From assembly GCA_022780025.1 (NCBI GenBank), contig JALEXS010000046.1, positions 1 to 55,816 of the forward strand: a stretch of 55,816 nt of DNA, in the 5' to 3' direction. The position numbers and the translations under genes were made by a program. Source of the DNA: Mollicutes bacterium (GTDB taxonomy: Bacteria > Bacillota_I > Bacilli_A > RFN20 > CAG-826). Position 1 is the first letter of the stretch; each line of letters begins with the position of its first letter. Positions 18,167 to 28,608 of this stretch are shown here, one piece after another. The notes under the pieces were generated by a model that was given only the letters and a program-made list of their open reading frames with translations, searched no databases and was not told the origin of the DNA.

Positions 18167-19249
18167 ATGGGATTAAAAAAGTATGATCAAGAAGCTTATA
18201 AAGCTCAAGAAGAAGCACTAGAAGCTTCATTAAAAAAACTTGAAGAAGAGAAAAATAGAGCTAAAGAATTAGATGAAGAAGTTAGAATTGATGATGAAGT
18301 AATCATTCCTGATGAAATTCCTGAGATTAATGAAGGAAATTTATTAGATGATGAAAAAGAATTAACTAATGCAGTCAATGCTTATCGTGAAGATTATAAG
18401 AAGTATTATAAGAAGCAAAAAATTGTAAGAACTTTAATAACTGTTGGTACTTTAGTTTTCTTATCAATAGGTTTAGTAATTTTCTTATTACAAAAGAAGA
18501 TTGGAAATATGGCAAGTTATATTGGTATAGCTGTCATTATGGTTGGATTAGTTGCTAGTTTTATTTGCTCAACTATTTTTAAGAAGAAGCTAGAAAATAA
18601 AGCTAGAGAATATATGAAAAATTATTCGATTGCTACAAATAAATATTTATTTAATAATCCAGATTTTAAAGATATTAATATTGAAGCAAATAGACAAATG
18701 GATCCTAATTTATTCATCGATGCTCATTTTTATAAAAATATTAAAAATACAAGAAGTAGAAATCATGTTACTTTAACTTATAAAGATAAACCAATGGTTA
18801 GTTGTGATTTAGCTGGAAATATTGTTATAAAAAATAGAACTTCTCCAATGTTTTTAGGTAAATATTATGATTATGAATGTAACTATGGTAAAGAAAATGG
18901 AATTATTTTATTTCAACTTAAGGGTAAAGAATTATCAAAACCTATCGATAATATCGATGATTTAGTTGCTAAAGAAAATAATTCTAGATATGTAATTTAT
19001 TCAAATGATGAAGAATATCGTAAGGTTTTAAATAATAAAGTTTTAACTGAATTATTAAAGTTTAAAATTGATGATACTTTAATTGATGTTATTTTCTCTA
19101 TTCGTAATGGGAAAGTCGATTTAGGTATTGATTATTCTGATGAATTTATTAATATTCCAGTTGAATCTGAATTTAAGATTAATAATATAAAAAGAGCTAA
19201 ACTTGATTTAGAACGTGTTCTTAAGATTTTTGACTTATTAAATAAGTAA
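18167..19249 (+). CDS. Membrane protein, unknown function (acidic coiled-coil N-terminus, two TM helices)
   Basis: 360 aa. E/K-rich N-terminus, hydrophobic helices at about aa 88-108 and 113-137, then a ~220-aa soluble domain with no motif I recognise. Confidence 0.55.
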   Translation: MGLKKYDQEAYKAQEEALEASLKKLEEEKNRAKELDEEVRIDDEVIIPDEIPEINEGNLLDDEKELTNAVNAYREDYKKYYKKQKIVRTLITVGTLVFLSIGLVIFLLQKKIGNMASYIGIAVIMVGLVASFICSTIFKKKLENKAREYMKNYSIATNKYLFNNPDFKDINIEANRQMDPNLFIDAHFYKNIKNTRSRNHVTLTYKDKPMVSCDLAGNIVIKNRTSPMFLGKYYDYECNYGKENGIILFQLKGKELSKPIDNIDDLVAKENNSRYVIYSNDEEYRKVLNNKVLTELLKFKIDDTLIDVIFSIRNGKVDLGIDYSDEFINIPVESEFKINNIKRAKLDLERVLKIFDLLNK

Positions 19250-19273
19250 TTTCACTTTAAGGAGCAATTTTTT

Positions 19274-19807
19274 ATGAGCCTTAAAGGGAGATGGATAGAA
19301 ATACAAGGATATAAGCATGATGGAAGAATGCACCGTATTCGGGATAGTGTTTATGTCATTGAAGATAATGAAGATTTTATAGTTGTTGGTTCTACTAAAA
19401 CTAAAGTTGTAGAGCATGATTTTCGTATTTGGTATACAAAAGAACCTGCTATTATGATTTTTTTCAAGAATTATTGGTGGAATGTTATTGTTATGATTAA
19501 AAAAATAGGAATTACATACTATGTTAATTTAGCTTCGCCGTATGTTATTGATAAGGATAAAGTTAAATATATTGATTATGATTTGGATATAAAATTATAT
19601 CCAAATAATGATATAAAAGTAATGGATGTTAAAGAATATGGTTTCCATCGAAAGAAATATGGTTATAGTAGTGATATTGATCAAATATTAAGATATAACT
19701 TAAAAAGTATTCGTAAAAAGATGGAAAATAAAGAGTATCCTTTTAATGTCGAGGATATTAAAAAATATTATGAAACGTTTTTAAAAGAAACTAATAAAGG
19801 TAAATGA
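19274..19807 (+). CDS. DUF402 family protein (Ntdp-like nucleoside tri/diphosphatase)
   Basis: 177 aa. The N-terminus (RWIEIQGYKHDGRMHR...) and YVNLASPY...DYDLD pattern are typical of the YgaC/UPF0374 DUF402 family. Confidence 0.65.
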   Translation: MSLKGRWIEIQGYKHDGRMHRIRDSVYVIEDNEDFIVVGSTKTKVVEHDFRIWYTKEPAIMIFFKNYWWNVIVMIKKIGITYYVNLASPYVIDKDKVKYIDYDLDIKLYPNNDIKVMDVKEYGFHRKKYGYSSDIDQILRYNLKSIRKKMENKEYPFNVEDIKKYYETFLKETNKGK

Positions 19808-19808
19808 T

Positions 19809-20276
19809 ATGGAAAAAATTATTTATACTAATAGTAAAAATGAAACAATTGAATTAGGTAAAAAGATATCTAATTATTTATTTAAAGGAGCTACTATTTT
19901 ACTTTATGGTGATTTAGGAGCAGGAAAAACTACTTTTACAAAAGGTATTGGTATTGGACTTGGAATTGAAGATGATATAAATTCTCCAACTTTTAATATT
20001 GCTAAATGTTATTTTAATAAAGGAAATCTTAATTTATATCATATTGATGCATATAGATTAGAAGATGTACCTAAAGAAAATAAAGATATAGGTTTAGAAG
20101 AACTTATTGAAGGGGATGGAGTTTGTATTATTGAATGGCCTATTTTTATTAAAGAAATGATTAATGAAGATGATTCTTTAATTATTACTATTAATATTAC
20201 TAGTGATAATAGAAGAAAATTTGATATTAAATCTAATTCTAGTAAATATGATAAACTCATTGAGGAGATTAAATAA
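19809..20276 (+). CDS. tsaE: tRNA t6A37 biosynthesis ATPase TsaE
   Basis: 155 aa with P-loop GDLGAGKTTFTKG and SPTF motif. Sits in the conserved tsaE-tsaB-rimI-tsaD order. Confidence 0.9.
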   Translation: MEKIIYTNSKNETIELGKKISNYLFKGATILLYGDLGAGKTTFTKGIGIGLGIEDDINSPTFNIAKCYFNKGNLNLYHIDAYRLEDVPKENKDIGLEELIEGDGVCIIEWPIFIKEMINEDDSLIITINITSDNRRKFDIKSNSSKYDKLIEEIK

Positions 20277-20278
20277 TT

Positions 20279-20863
20279 ATGTATAGTTTAATTCTTGATT
20301 CTACTAACACTTATTTAAATGTAGGTTTAGGAAAAGATGGTAATTTAATTGATGAAATTAGTTATGAATGTTGGCAAAAACAATCAGAGATGATGATTCC
20401 TGAAATTAATAAAATATTATCTAATAACAATATTTCACCTAAAGAAATTGGTGAAATATTAGTAACTTTAGGTCCAGGAAGTTATACTGGTGTTAGAATT
20501 GCTTTAACAATTGCTAAAGTTTATGCTTATTGTTTAAATATTCCATGTTTTGCTTTTAGTAGTTTATTAGTATTAGAAAATTATGATAAAAAATCAATTT
20601 GCTTAATAAATGCTCGTAGTAATCGTAGCTATTTTGCTGTTTATGATAAAAATGAAGCTATTATTTTTGATACTATTAAGACAAATGACGAAATAAAAGA
20701 ATATATTAAAGAACATCCAGATTATGTAATTTGTGGGGATACTAATTATTTAAATATTGAAGGTGAAAATAATAGTGTATGTAAAAATATGCTTTTATTA
20801 AAAAATGAAAAATATTTAGTAAAAGATATTATGACTTTAAAAGCCATTTATTTAAAGGATTAA
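20279..20863 (+). CDS. tsaB: tRNA t6A37 biosynthesis protein TsaB
   Basis: 194 aa with GPGSYTGVRIALTIAK motif and conserved operon position. Confidence 0.85.
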   Translation: MYSLILDSTNTYLNVGLGKDGNLIDEISYECWQKQSEMMIPEINKILSNNNISPKEIGEILVTLGPGSYTGVRIALTIAKVYAYCLNIPCFAFSSLLVLENYDKKSICLINARSNRSYFAVYDKNEAIIFDTIKTNDEIKEYIKEHPDYVICGDTNYLNIEGENNSVCKNMLLLKNEKYLVKDIMTLKAIYLKD

Positions 20864-20864
20864 T

Positions 20865-21299
20865 ATGGAAATAGTAAAAGTTACTGAAAAAGATATTCCT
20901 AGTATTTTAGAAATTGAAAACGAATGTTTTAAACATCCTTATCAAGAAAAAGATTTTCTTTATGAATTAAATGAAAATCTTTTTTCAAACTTTTATTGCT
21001 TAAAAGAAGATGATGAAATTATTAGTTATATAATTTATTGGGTTACTTTTGATAGTGCTACAATTTGTAAGATTGCAACTAAAAAATCAAAAAGAAAGTT
21101 GGGTTTTGCAGGGTTTTTATTAGAAAATGCTTTAAATTTATTAAAAAAACAAGATGTATTATTTGTTACTTTAGAGGTAAGAGTTTCTAATATTAACGCT
21201 ATAGAATTATATAAAAAATATGGATTTAATAAAGTAAACATTAAAGAAAAATATTATGAAGATAAAGAAGATGCTTTATATATGATGAGAGGTTTATAG
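20865..21299 (+). CDS. rimI: Ribosomal-protein-alanine N-acetyltransferase (GNAT)
   Basis: 144 aa GNAT fold (RKLGFAGFLLENAL, ELYKKYGF) at the conserved position between tsaB and tsaD. Confidence 0.8.
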   Translation: MEIVKVTEKDIPSILEIENECFKHPYQEKDFLYELNENLFSNFYCLKEDDEIISYIIYWVTFDSATICKIATKKSKRKLGFAGFLLENALNLLKKQDVLFVTLEVRVSNINAIELYKKYGFNKVNIKEKYYEDKEDALYMMRGL

Positions 21300-21301
21300 A
21301 T

Positions 21302-22315
21302 ATGGATAAGATTATTTTAGCTTTAGAATCAAGTTGTGATGAAACAGCTTGTGCTATTATTAAAAATGATGAATTATTAGCAAATGTAATTTCAACTCAA
21401 ATAGAAGTACATCAAAAATATGGTGGTGTTATGCCTGAAATCGCTTCTAGATTACATTTAGAAAATGTTTTATGTGTTATTGATGACGCTATTAAAAAAG
21501 CAAATATTAAATTAGAAGATATTTCTGCTATTGCAGTAACTAGAGGCCCAGGCTTAATAGGCGCTCTTCATGTTGGACTTCAAGCTGCAAAAACAATTTC
21601 TTTAATTTATAATAAACCACTTATTCCAGTTCACCATTTAGCAGGACACATCTATGCTAATGAATTTGTTAAACCATTAAAGTTTCCTTTATTAGCAGTA
21701 GTTGTTAGTGGTGGAAATACTGAATTAGTTTATATGAAAGAACATTTATCTTTTGAAATTATTGGTGAAACTAAAGATGATGCAATTGGAGAAAGTTTTG
21801 ATAAAGTAGCTAGAGTATTAGGTCTTCCTTACCCTGGTGGTGTAGCTATTGATAAATTATCTAAAGAAGGAAAACATACATATAAATTACCTGAGCCTTT
21901 AAAAGATAAGAGTTTAGATGTTTCTTATAGTGGACTTAAAACTGCTGTTATTAATTTAGTCCACAAAGAAGAACAAAACGGACATGAAATAATTGTTAAA
22001 GATATGGCTAAATCATTCCAAGATGTTGCTATCAAAGAATTACTTGATCGTGTTGAAAGAGCAACAGAAGAATATGATGTTAAACAAGTTGTTTTAGCTG
22101 GTGGAGTTAGTGCAAATTCTTATTTAAGAGAAGAAATACAAAAGATGTATAAAGATACAAATATTGAAGTAATTATTCCTCCAATTTGGTGTACAACTGA
22201 TAATGCTGCAATGATTGCTAAAGTTGGCAGTTATTTATACGATAGAAAAGTTTTCTGTGATTTATCAGTATCTGTAGATCCTTCTTGGAAAATTGAAAAT
22301 TATTTAAAATTTTAG
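21302..22315 (+). CDS. tsaD: tRNA N6-adenosine threonylcarbamoyltransferase TsaD
   Basis: 337 aa with ALESSCDETA, HHLAGH metal site and GGVSAN motifs. Confidence 0.95.
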   Translation: MDKIILALESSCDETACAIIKNDELLANVISTQIEVHQKYGGVMPEIASRLHLENVLCVIDDAIKKANIKLEDISAIAVTRGPGLIGALHVGLQAAKTISLIYNKPLIPVHHLAGHIYANEFVKPLKFPLLAVVVSGGNTELVYMKEHLSFEIIGETKDDAIGESFDKVARVLGLPYPGGVAIDKLSKEGKHTYKLPEPLKDKSLDVSYSGLKTAVINLVHKEEQNGHEIIVKDMAKSFQDVAIKELLDRVERATEEYDVKQVVLAGGVSANSYLREEIQKMYKDTNIEVIIPPIWCTTDNAAMIAKVGSYLYDRKVFCDLSVSVDPSWKIENYLKF

Positions 22316-22444
22316 TAGAAATTATTTAATTAAAAAAATAAATATTTTATATGTATCAAATGTGTCAGTGAACGTTTAGATATAAAATATTTGATATATT
22401 ATTAGTAATTTATATTTGTTAAAATAAGTAAGGAGTAAAAACAT

Positions 22445-23434
22445 ATGAATATTAAAATATCAGATTTTAAAAACAATATTAAATGGATTGATGTTGAAAA
22501 TAATAAAGGTTTAAAAGCTAGATTTTGTACTTTTGGTGCTAGTGTTTATTCTTTATCTATTGATGAAACGCCTTTAATTCTTACTTTAAAAGATCCTGAC
22601 TTTTTCTTAAATTGTAGTCAATATTATGGAAAAACCTTAGGTAGAGTAGCTGGAAGAATTCCTCTTAGTGGTGAATTAGATGGTGAAGAATATAATCTTT
22701 TAAGAACTAAAAATTTTGATTATACATTACATGGTGGCGATGATAAATCATTATCTTATAAAAATTGGAATGTTAAAGTTAAAGAATTAAAAAATAGAAT
22801 TGATGTTAAATTTGATATTGTTAGTAAGGATAAAGAGAATGGATTCCCAGGAAAATGTCATATTTATGTAATTTATTCTATTTATAAAGACGAAAATAAT
22901 TTTAAAATTAGTTTTAAAGCAAGTTCTACTAAAACTACTTTGTTAAATTTATCTAATCATATTTATTGGAATTTCAATAATTTAAATTTAACTAATTATT
23001 CGATGAAAATGAATGCTAGTAAATATGGCGTTGTTGATAAAGATGTTTTTATTACTGATATTGAAGAAGTTCCTAGTTATTTAGATTTTAATAGAATGTC
23101 TAAATTAGGTTCTAAATTAGATCTTATTGAAAAAACTCCTTTAGGCACTATTGATAATACATTTATATATAATGAAATAGAAACCAAAAAGCCACAAGTT
23201 ATATTGAAAAATGATGAATATAAATTATCTTTATATACAGATTATCCTGCAATGAATATTTATGTTGATAATTCATTAACTGATGTTGATTTTATTAATA
23301 ATGATCACTTTACTACAAGAAGAGGAATTGCTTTAGAACCTCAACTAAACGTTCATGATTCTGATTCAATAATTCTTAAAAAAGGTGATAAATATAATTA
23401 CTTTATTTTATACAAAATCAGAAAAATAAGTTAA
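22445..23434 (+). CDS. galM: Aldose 1-epimerase (galactose mutarotase)
   Basis: 329 aa with GRVAGRI, HGG and NLSNHIYWN motifs. Lies upstream of galK. AAGGAG RBS. Confidence 0.8.
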   Translation: MNIKISDFKNNIKWIDVENNKGLKARFCTFGASVYSLSIDETPLILTLKDPDFFLNCSQYYGKTLGRVAGRIPLSGELDGEEYNLLRTKNFDYTLHGGDDKSLSYKNWNVKVKELKNRIDVKFDIVSKDKENGFPGKCHIYVIYSIYKDENNFKISFKASSTKTTLLNLSNHIYWNFNNLNLTNYSMKMNASKYGVVDKDVFITDIEEVPSYLDFNRMSKLGSKLDLIEKTPLGTIDNTFIYNEIETKKPQVILKNDEYKLSLYTDYPAMNIYVDNSLTDVDFINNDHFTTRRGIALEPQLNVHDSDSIILKKGDKYNYFILYKIRKIS

Positions 23435-23450
23435 CTTTGAGGGGGTTTTT

Positions 23451-24617
23451 ATGATAAACGAAGAGATTTTAATTAAAAATTATAAAGACATATTTAAGTC
23501 TAATCCTACCAATATGATTGATACTGGTGGACGTTTTGAAATATGTGGAAACCATACTGATCATAATCATGGATACTGTATTGTTGCAAATAGTTCACTA
23601 AGAGTTTATGCAGCTTTAGGTAAAAATAATGATAAAGTTTGTATTCAATCTAAAGGATATCCATATTTTGAATTTGATGTTAATAAATTAGAAAAATTAA
23701 CTGAAGATGAACATAAACCTATTGCTTTAGTTAAAGGTGTTTTATTTAAATTAAAAGAATTAGGTTATAAAGTTGGTGGATTTAATGCTTATATAGAAAG
23801 TGAAATTCCTGATGGTAGTGGAGTTAGTTCTAGTGCTGCTATGGAATCATTATTTGGTTATATTATTTCTTATTTATATAATGATGGAATAATTGAACCT
23901 TTAATAATTGCAAAAACTGGACAATTTAGTGAAAATGTTTATTTTAATAAACCATGTGGATTATTAGATCAAGTTGGTACATCTTTTGATAGTAGTAATT
24001 TTATTGATTTTAAAAATATTGATAATCCAGAAATTATTAATTTACCATTTAAATTACCTTTGACATTATTTTTAGTTAAGTCAATAGGCGATCATTCTAA
24101 TTTAACTCCTTTATATGCTGCAATTCCTAATAGTATGTATGAAGTTGCTAATCTTTTAGAAGGAAAAAAATATCTTAGAGATGTTAGTGATGCAAATATA
24201 TTCGATAGAATTGATAAATTAAATGTTAGTGATGAAGTTAAAAGAAAAGCTAAACATTTCTTTATTGAAAATGATAATGTCTTATTAGCTAAAAAAGCTA
24301 TTTTAAATAATGATGTTGGTACTTTCTTTGATGCAATAAGAAAGAGCCAATTAAGTAGTAAAAATGATATTGAAAATACATTTGTAAAAGGAGAATATAC
24401 AGGTTCACCTCAAGAAATTATAGATAAAGCTGAACAATTCTTGAAAGATAACGGAGTTACTAGAATTCATGGTGGTGGATTTAAGGGTACTGTATTAGCT
24501 TTTGTTAAAAATGAATTTGCTAATTCCTTTGAGGATTATTTAAAAGCAAATTATGAGAAAGACCGTTATTTTAGAGTAAATATTTCTAATAAAGCTATAC
24601 ACTATAAGAACATTTAG
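23451..24617 (+). CDS. galK: Galactokinase
   Basis: 388 aa. Galactokinase signature GRFEICGNHTDHNHG and GHMP motif PDGSGVSSSAA. Confidence 0.92.
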   Translation: MINEEILIKNYKDIFKSNPTNMIDTGGRFEICGNHTDHNHGYCIVANSSLRVYAALGKNNDKVCIQSKGYPYFEFDVNKLEKLTEDEHKPIALVKGVLFKLKELGYKVGGFNAYIESEIPDGSGVSSSAAMESLFGYIISYLYNDGIIEPLIIAKTGQFSENVYFNKPCGLLDQVGTSFDSSNFIDFKNIDNPEIINLPFKLPLTLFLVKSIGDHSNLTPLYAAIPNSMYEVANLLEGKKYLRDVSDANIFDRIDKLNVSDEVKRKAKHFFIENDNVLLAKKAILNNDVGTFFDAIRKSQLSSKNDIENTFVKGEYTGSPQEIIDKAEQFLKDNGVTRIHGGGFKGTVLAFVKNEFANSFEDYLKANYEKDRYFRVNISNKAIHYKNI

Positions 24618-26062
24618 TGATGGTTAAGGAAATAAATTTATTTTTTAAAAGAAAGTTTGAAAAATTTAATTATAAGAATATATCCTATGTTCTTATATGT
24701 TTTTTATTCCTTGCATTATCAATGTTTTTTGGTGAGGTAAATAATTCACATAATTCTGGAGCTTTTGGTACTAGTTTTTCTTTAGCTGGAACTATAATAT
24801 TTTATTTATTAATCGTTTTAAATTTTGCTTTAATTCTTTATATAGGGAAAATTAATAACATTTTAAAATTTAATAAAGGAGTCATTATCTTTATTTTTAT
24901 TGGGGTTCTGACGACTTTTTATATGATTGGGGTAGATTTTGGAACTGATTATAATAGATTATTTAATAATAATTCAATTACAATATTAGATAAATTTAAA
25001 TCAATTATGGATGTTTCTTTATCTATAATGATGTGTTTTGTTTTAATTTATTTAATACCTCCTTTTAAAGAAAAAGATTTAGCAATAAGAATATTCTGTT
25101 TTATTTTTGTTGGATTTTCTTTAGTAATGATAATTTATTCATTAATTACTGAGATGGATATTTATATAGCTTTTATTAAAAATCCAACATTTTTTACAAA
25201 GTATGATAGTGGTAATGTTAATGCTATTTGGTGTGTAAGCTTCTTTAAATATGGTAATGTTTATGGACATGTTTTATTTTTATTATGTTTAGTAATCTTA
25301 TTATTATCTGTTAGTTATAATCGAAGATTTATTTTCTTATTTAGTTTTTTAGTTGGTATATTTATTTTATTTAGTGGATCTCGAACTGCTTTCTTTGGAT
25401 TTTTTACTTTAATGATAAGTTATGGAATTACGTTTCTTATTAGCTTATATAAATCAAATAAATTGTATTTTTCTATTTTGTTATTTTTCTTTATATTCTT
25501 AATAATATTTGGAATTTTTGAAATATTTGTTTTTAAATTATTTACTATTAGAGAAGTTATTACTAAAAGTGATGGTAGTAAAGAAGTAATTAATTATACT
25601 TTACTTGATTTACTTAAGAAATATTTCAGTTATGTAGATAGTAGAATTGATATTTATCGAAGTGCAAGAACTAGATTTATTTGGTCTGATTTTATTTTTG
25701 GTATTGGTTATAATATGAATGATTTATTATCTAGAACATTTAATGGGTCATATTTTAATTATCATAATGGATTTTTAGAAGTTTATACTACTGGTGGTAT
25801 TTATTTATCCGCTTTATATATCTTCTTAATAGTTTATATTTTTCATATAAATAATAAATTATTTGTTAGAACTGATCGATATAAATATTATTTATATGTT
25901 ATTACACTACCTTATTTAATCTATCAATTAGGTGAAGCTTTTCCTATTTTATATAATGTTTTTGGAGGTGGCGTAACTGCTATAATATTTATTATGGTTC
26001 CTTTTAATAAAGTTAGAGAAGCTAATGAGATATGTAATATCAATAAACTCTTTATTAAATAG
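24617..26062 (+). CDS. O-antigen ligase/polymerase (Wzy_C)-like polytopic membrane protein
   Basis: 481 aa with at least 10 TM helices. A loop with SGSRTAFFGF and a later HNGFLEVYTTGG resemble the Wzy_C/O-antigen-ligase family. GTG at 24617 or ATG at 24620. Confidence 0.6.
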   Translation: MMVKEINLFFKRKFEKFNYKNISYVLICFLFLALSMFFGEVNNSHNSGAFGTSFSLAGTIIFYLLIVLNFALILYIGKINNILKFNKGVIIFIFIGVLTTFYMIGVDFGTDYNRLFNNNSITILDKFKSIMDVSLSIMMCFVLIYLIPPFKEKDLAIRIFCFIFVGFSLVMIIYSLITEMDIYIAFIKNPTFFTKYDSGNVNAIWCVSFFKYGNVYGHVLFLLCLVILLLSVSYNRRFIFLFSFLVGIFILFSGSRTAFFGFFTLMISYGITFLISLYKSNKLYFSILLFFFIFLIIFGIFEIFVFKLFTIREVITKSDGSKEVINYTLLDLLKKYFSYVDSRIDIYRSARTRFIWSDFIFGIGYNMNDLLSRTFNGSYFNYHNGFLEVYTTGGIYLSALYIFLIVYIFHINNKLFVRTDRYKYYLYVITLPYLIYQLGEAFPILYNVFGGGVTAIIFIMVPFNKVREANEICNINKLFIK

Positions 26063-26086
26063 TAAAGGATAGGTAAAATATAAGTC

Positions 26087-26320
26087 ATGTGGTTTGATAA
26101 AAAAAGTAAAAAAGTTAAAGCAATATTAGTATTTCAAATTTGGGGATTTATAGTTTCTAGTATTTATAGAATTGTATTTTATAAGAATTCTACAAATAAA
26201 GATAAAACTACATTAATTTGTGGTATTTGTTCTTTTATACCCTTTATAGGATTTTTAATTTCGATTTGTGATTTTATAAGTATTTTAGTAAGTAATAAAA
26301 TAATTGTAATGTGTGAATAA
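26087..26320 (+). CDS. Small membrane protein (77 aa)
   Basis: Two hydrophobic helices. TAAAAT lies 7 nt before the ATG. The stop codon lies 2 nt before the tRNA-Arg gene. Confidence 0.45.
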   Translation: MWFDKKSKKVKAILVFQIWGFIVSSIYRIVFYKNSTNKDKTTLICGICSFIPFIGFLISICDFISILVSNKIIVMCE

Positions 26321-26322
26321 AT

Positions 26323-26396
26323 AGGGTGTTAGTTTAGTGGTAAAACGATAGTTTCCGAAGCTATTGACAAGTGTTCGATTCACTTACGCCCTGCCA
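26323..26396 (+). tRNA. tRNA-Arg (anticodon CCG), CCA encoded
   Basis: Hand-folded cloverleaf: acceptor AGGGTGT/ACGCCCT, D arm GTTT-AGTGGTA-AAAC, anticodon arm ATAGT-TTCCGAA-GCTAT, T arm AAGTG-TTCGATT-CACTT, discriminator G, then CCA. Confidence 0.85.
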
Positions 26397-26584
26397 TAAG
26401 AAAATAAAGATTTAATTATATTAATTTAAAGTATAATCGTACATTCTCACTTTAAAATTAATAAATGTTTTATAAAATTGCTTAAAACCGAAAAAATATA
26501 AAGTGGAAAGAGATAAGTCAATATTTATCTATAATTTATTAGATATTATTAAAAATTGGATCTTATTTATGATAAAATATATTG

Positions 26585-27976
26585 ATGGATTCGATATTAA
26601 ATTATATAAATTTTAAGATGTTTAATGTTCTTACTGCTAAAGACAAAGAACTTAATTTAGATATATTAATTAAATTATATGACTATTTTTGTGGTGAATT
26701 TGGTGTTGATACTGCTTTAAGAAGTGATTTGATTACTTATTTAGAGCATAATATCAAATTTGACATGTATAAAGAAATTGATGATGAAGAAGAAAATGAT
26801 ATTAGTAATAAAAGTAAAAGAGAAATTATTACTACTAAATTAAATATATTCAAAAAAAGAGGATGGATTGAAGAAGAATATAATAATGATTTAGATATTA
26901 TTTATATGCTTAATAGTGATGCGATTACTATTTTAGAAGCATTATATTCTTTAATGCATGTTGATCGTAGTAATGAATTCAGTGGTTATGTAATTTCAAC
27001 ATATAATAATTTAAAAAATATTGATTACGATAAAAATTCTACTCAAGCAATAGAACAAGCTTTTGAAAGTTCTAAGAAATTTTCTAACAATCTTAATAGT
27101 ATGAATTCTAATATTAGAAGATATACTAATGAGATTTTACAAAAAGAAAATTATAACGCTAATAATATAGCAACAAATTTATTTAAAGAATATCAAAATA
27201 AAGTTGGAGTTAAATTATTCAATAACTTAAAGATTAACGAAAATCCAAGAATGTACGCTAGAAATATTATTGAATTAGTTGATATGTTTTTAGAAGATTC
27301 TAACTTTAGACGTATCATGTCAAATTATCAAGAAGTTAAGAAAATAAAGAAATTAGTTAATGAAGATTTCCAATACATGAAGTCTAGATTAAACTTTATT
27401 AAAGCAACTTTTAGTAATGTAGATTCTCGAATGAGAAATATTGATTCAAAAAATAATACTTATTTAAGAGTATGTGAAGATAAGATTAAATTTATTATTA
27501 ATGAGTCAAAAGATATTGAACAAGGAATTAATGATTTATTAAAAACAATGGGTTTCTGCAGGGATTTTTCTGATTTCGAGGACTTTTTTGAAATAGATAA
27601 TATAGAAAATATTGATCAATATTCAATATTTAAAGCTCGTGTAAATTCAAAAAGAACTAATAAAGTTGAGCTTGAAAGTAAAGATAATATTGAGATAGAT
27701 GATTTTAAGAATTTAGTAAATAAAATTAAAAAAGATAATCAATATTCTTTTGAAGGAATTAATAATTTTGCTAAATCTATATTAAAAGATAAAGAGATAA
27801 TAAAAGTAAGTGATCTAGATATTAAGGATGAAAATTTATATATTAAAGTCTTTTTATTAACTGCTTATCAAAATAATGAAAGAGCATCTTATAAGATTAA
27901 ATATTTAAACGATGAAACTATTGTTAACGATTATGTAATGAATAATTTTGAAATTATGAGGAGTAATAAATTATGA
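26585..27976 (+). CDS. jetA: JetA-like (kleisin/MksF-like) subunit of a Wadjet-like system
   Basis: About 463 aa. First gene of a tightly overlapped four-gene operon, with the size and position expected for JetA. Assignment is by context only; I recognise no sequence motif. TGaTAAAAT lies 6 nt upstream of ATG 26585 (the ORF track starts at TTG 26582). Confidence 0.55.
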   Translation: MDSILNYINFKMFNVLTAKDKELNLDILIKLYDYFCGEFGVDTALRSDLITYLEHNIKFDMYKEIDDEEENDISNKSKREIITTKLNIFKKRGWIEEEYNNDLDIIYMLNSDAITILEALYSLMHVDRSNEFSGYVISTYNNLKNIDYDKNSTQAIEQAFESSKKFSNNLNSMNSNIRRYTNEILQKENYNANNIATNLFKEYQNKVGVKLFNNLKINENPRMYARNIIELVDMFLEDSNFRRIMSNYQEVKKIKKLVNEDFQYMKSRLNFIKATFSNVDSRMRNIDSKNNTYLRVCEDKIKFIINESKDIEQGINDLLKTMGFCRDFSDFEDFFEIDNIENIDQYSIFKARVNSKRTNKVELESKDNIEIDDFKNLVNKIKKDNQYSFEGINNFAKSILKDKEIIKVSDLDIKDENLYIKVFLLTAYQNNERASYKIKYLNDETIVNDYVMNNFEIMRSNKL

Positions 27977-28608
27977 GTCAAGTTGAAAACTTTGAATTTT
28001 TAGCGAAGAGATTTAAAAATTTAAACGAAACAAAACAAAATCAATTTACTAAAATTGCTTTAAGATTATTAAATGAAACATTTTTAATTAAAGCAAAAGA
28101 GAGTGACCGTAATGATTATTATGAAGCTAGTGAATTAAAAGAAGAATTAGAAAACTTTTTTGCTATTTTAAATTATAGTTTTCATGAAGATAAGATATTA
28201 CAAATAGTTTATATAAAGACTGAAGATAATAAAAATAGAATGCATCTTACTAAATTTGAAACTGTAATTTTATTATCTTTAAGAGTTGCTTATTTTAATA
28301 GTAGTAAAAAGTCTAGTTTAATTGATGTTGCTTCTATAAGTTATGAAGAATTAAAACAAAGTGTTTTGAAAACTAATATTTTTAAAGATGATAAATCTAC
28401 TAATGAATATCAAGAAGCTTTAAAGAAACTTAGAAGATTTAAAGTTATTGATTATAAAGGTGGTAGAAATTTTGTTAATGATAGTCGTATATTTATTTAT
28501 CCATCAATTGCTTATGTTGTAAAAGTTGATGATATTGTAAATCTAGACAATTTAATTAAAGCTTATAATAAGGAAGAAAATAAAGATGAAGAAATTAACG
28601 AAGATTAA
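27973..28608 (+). CDS. jetB: JetB-like (MksE-like) subunit
   Basis: 211 aa. ATGA overlap with the upstream gene and a 23-nt overlap with the SMC-like gene. Size and position fit JetB (DUF4194-like). Acidic C-terminal tail. Confidence 0.55.
   Translation: MSQVENFEFLAKRFKNLNETKQNQFTKIALRLLNETFLIKAKESDRNDYYEASELKEELENFFAILNYSFHEDKILQIVYIKTEDNKNRMHLTKFETVILLSLRVAYFNSSKKSSLIDVASISYEELKQSVLKTNIFKDDKSTNEYQEALKKLRRFKVIDYKGGRNFVNDSRIFIYPSIAYVVKVDDIVNLDNLIKAYNKEENKDEEINED

Noticed and set aside
20039-21241. Minus-strand ORFs 20039-20260 (in tsaE) and 21035-21241 (in rimI)
   Set aside because: They are antisense to the conserved tsaE-tsaB-rimI-tsaD operon and give low-complexity translations.
22363-22380. 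cre/LacI-type operator-like sequence TGTCAGTGAACGTTTAGA upstream of galM
   Set aside because: It has the AACGTTT core, but only about half of the flanking positions are symmetric and the left half-site is one base short of the TGAAA-CG-TTTCA pattern. That is too weak to call without a PWM scan.
26397-26584. Searched for an att-like direct repeat of the tRNA-Arg 3' end, and for an integrase, to define a mobile island
   Set aside because: No copy of the tRNA 3' half was seen at 33.0 kb or 35.3 kb, and the window holds no integrase, recombinase or transposase gene. The region is therefore described as an accessory locus, not a mobile element.
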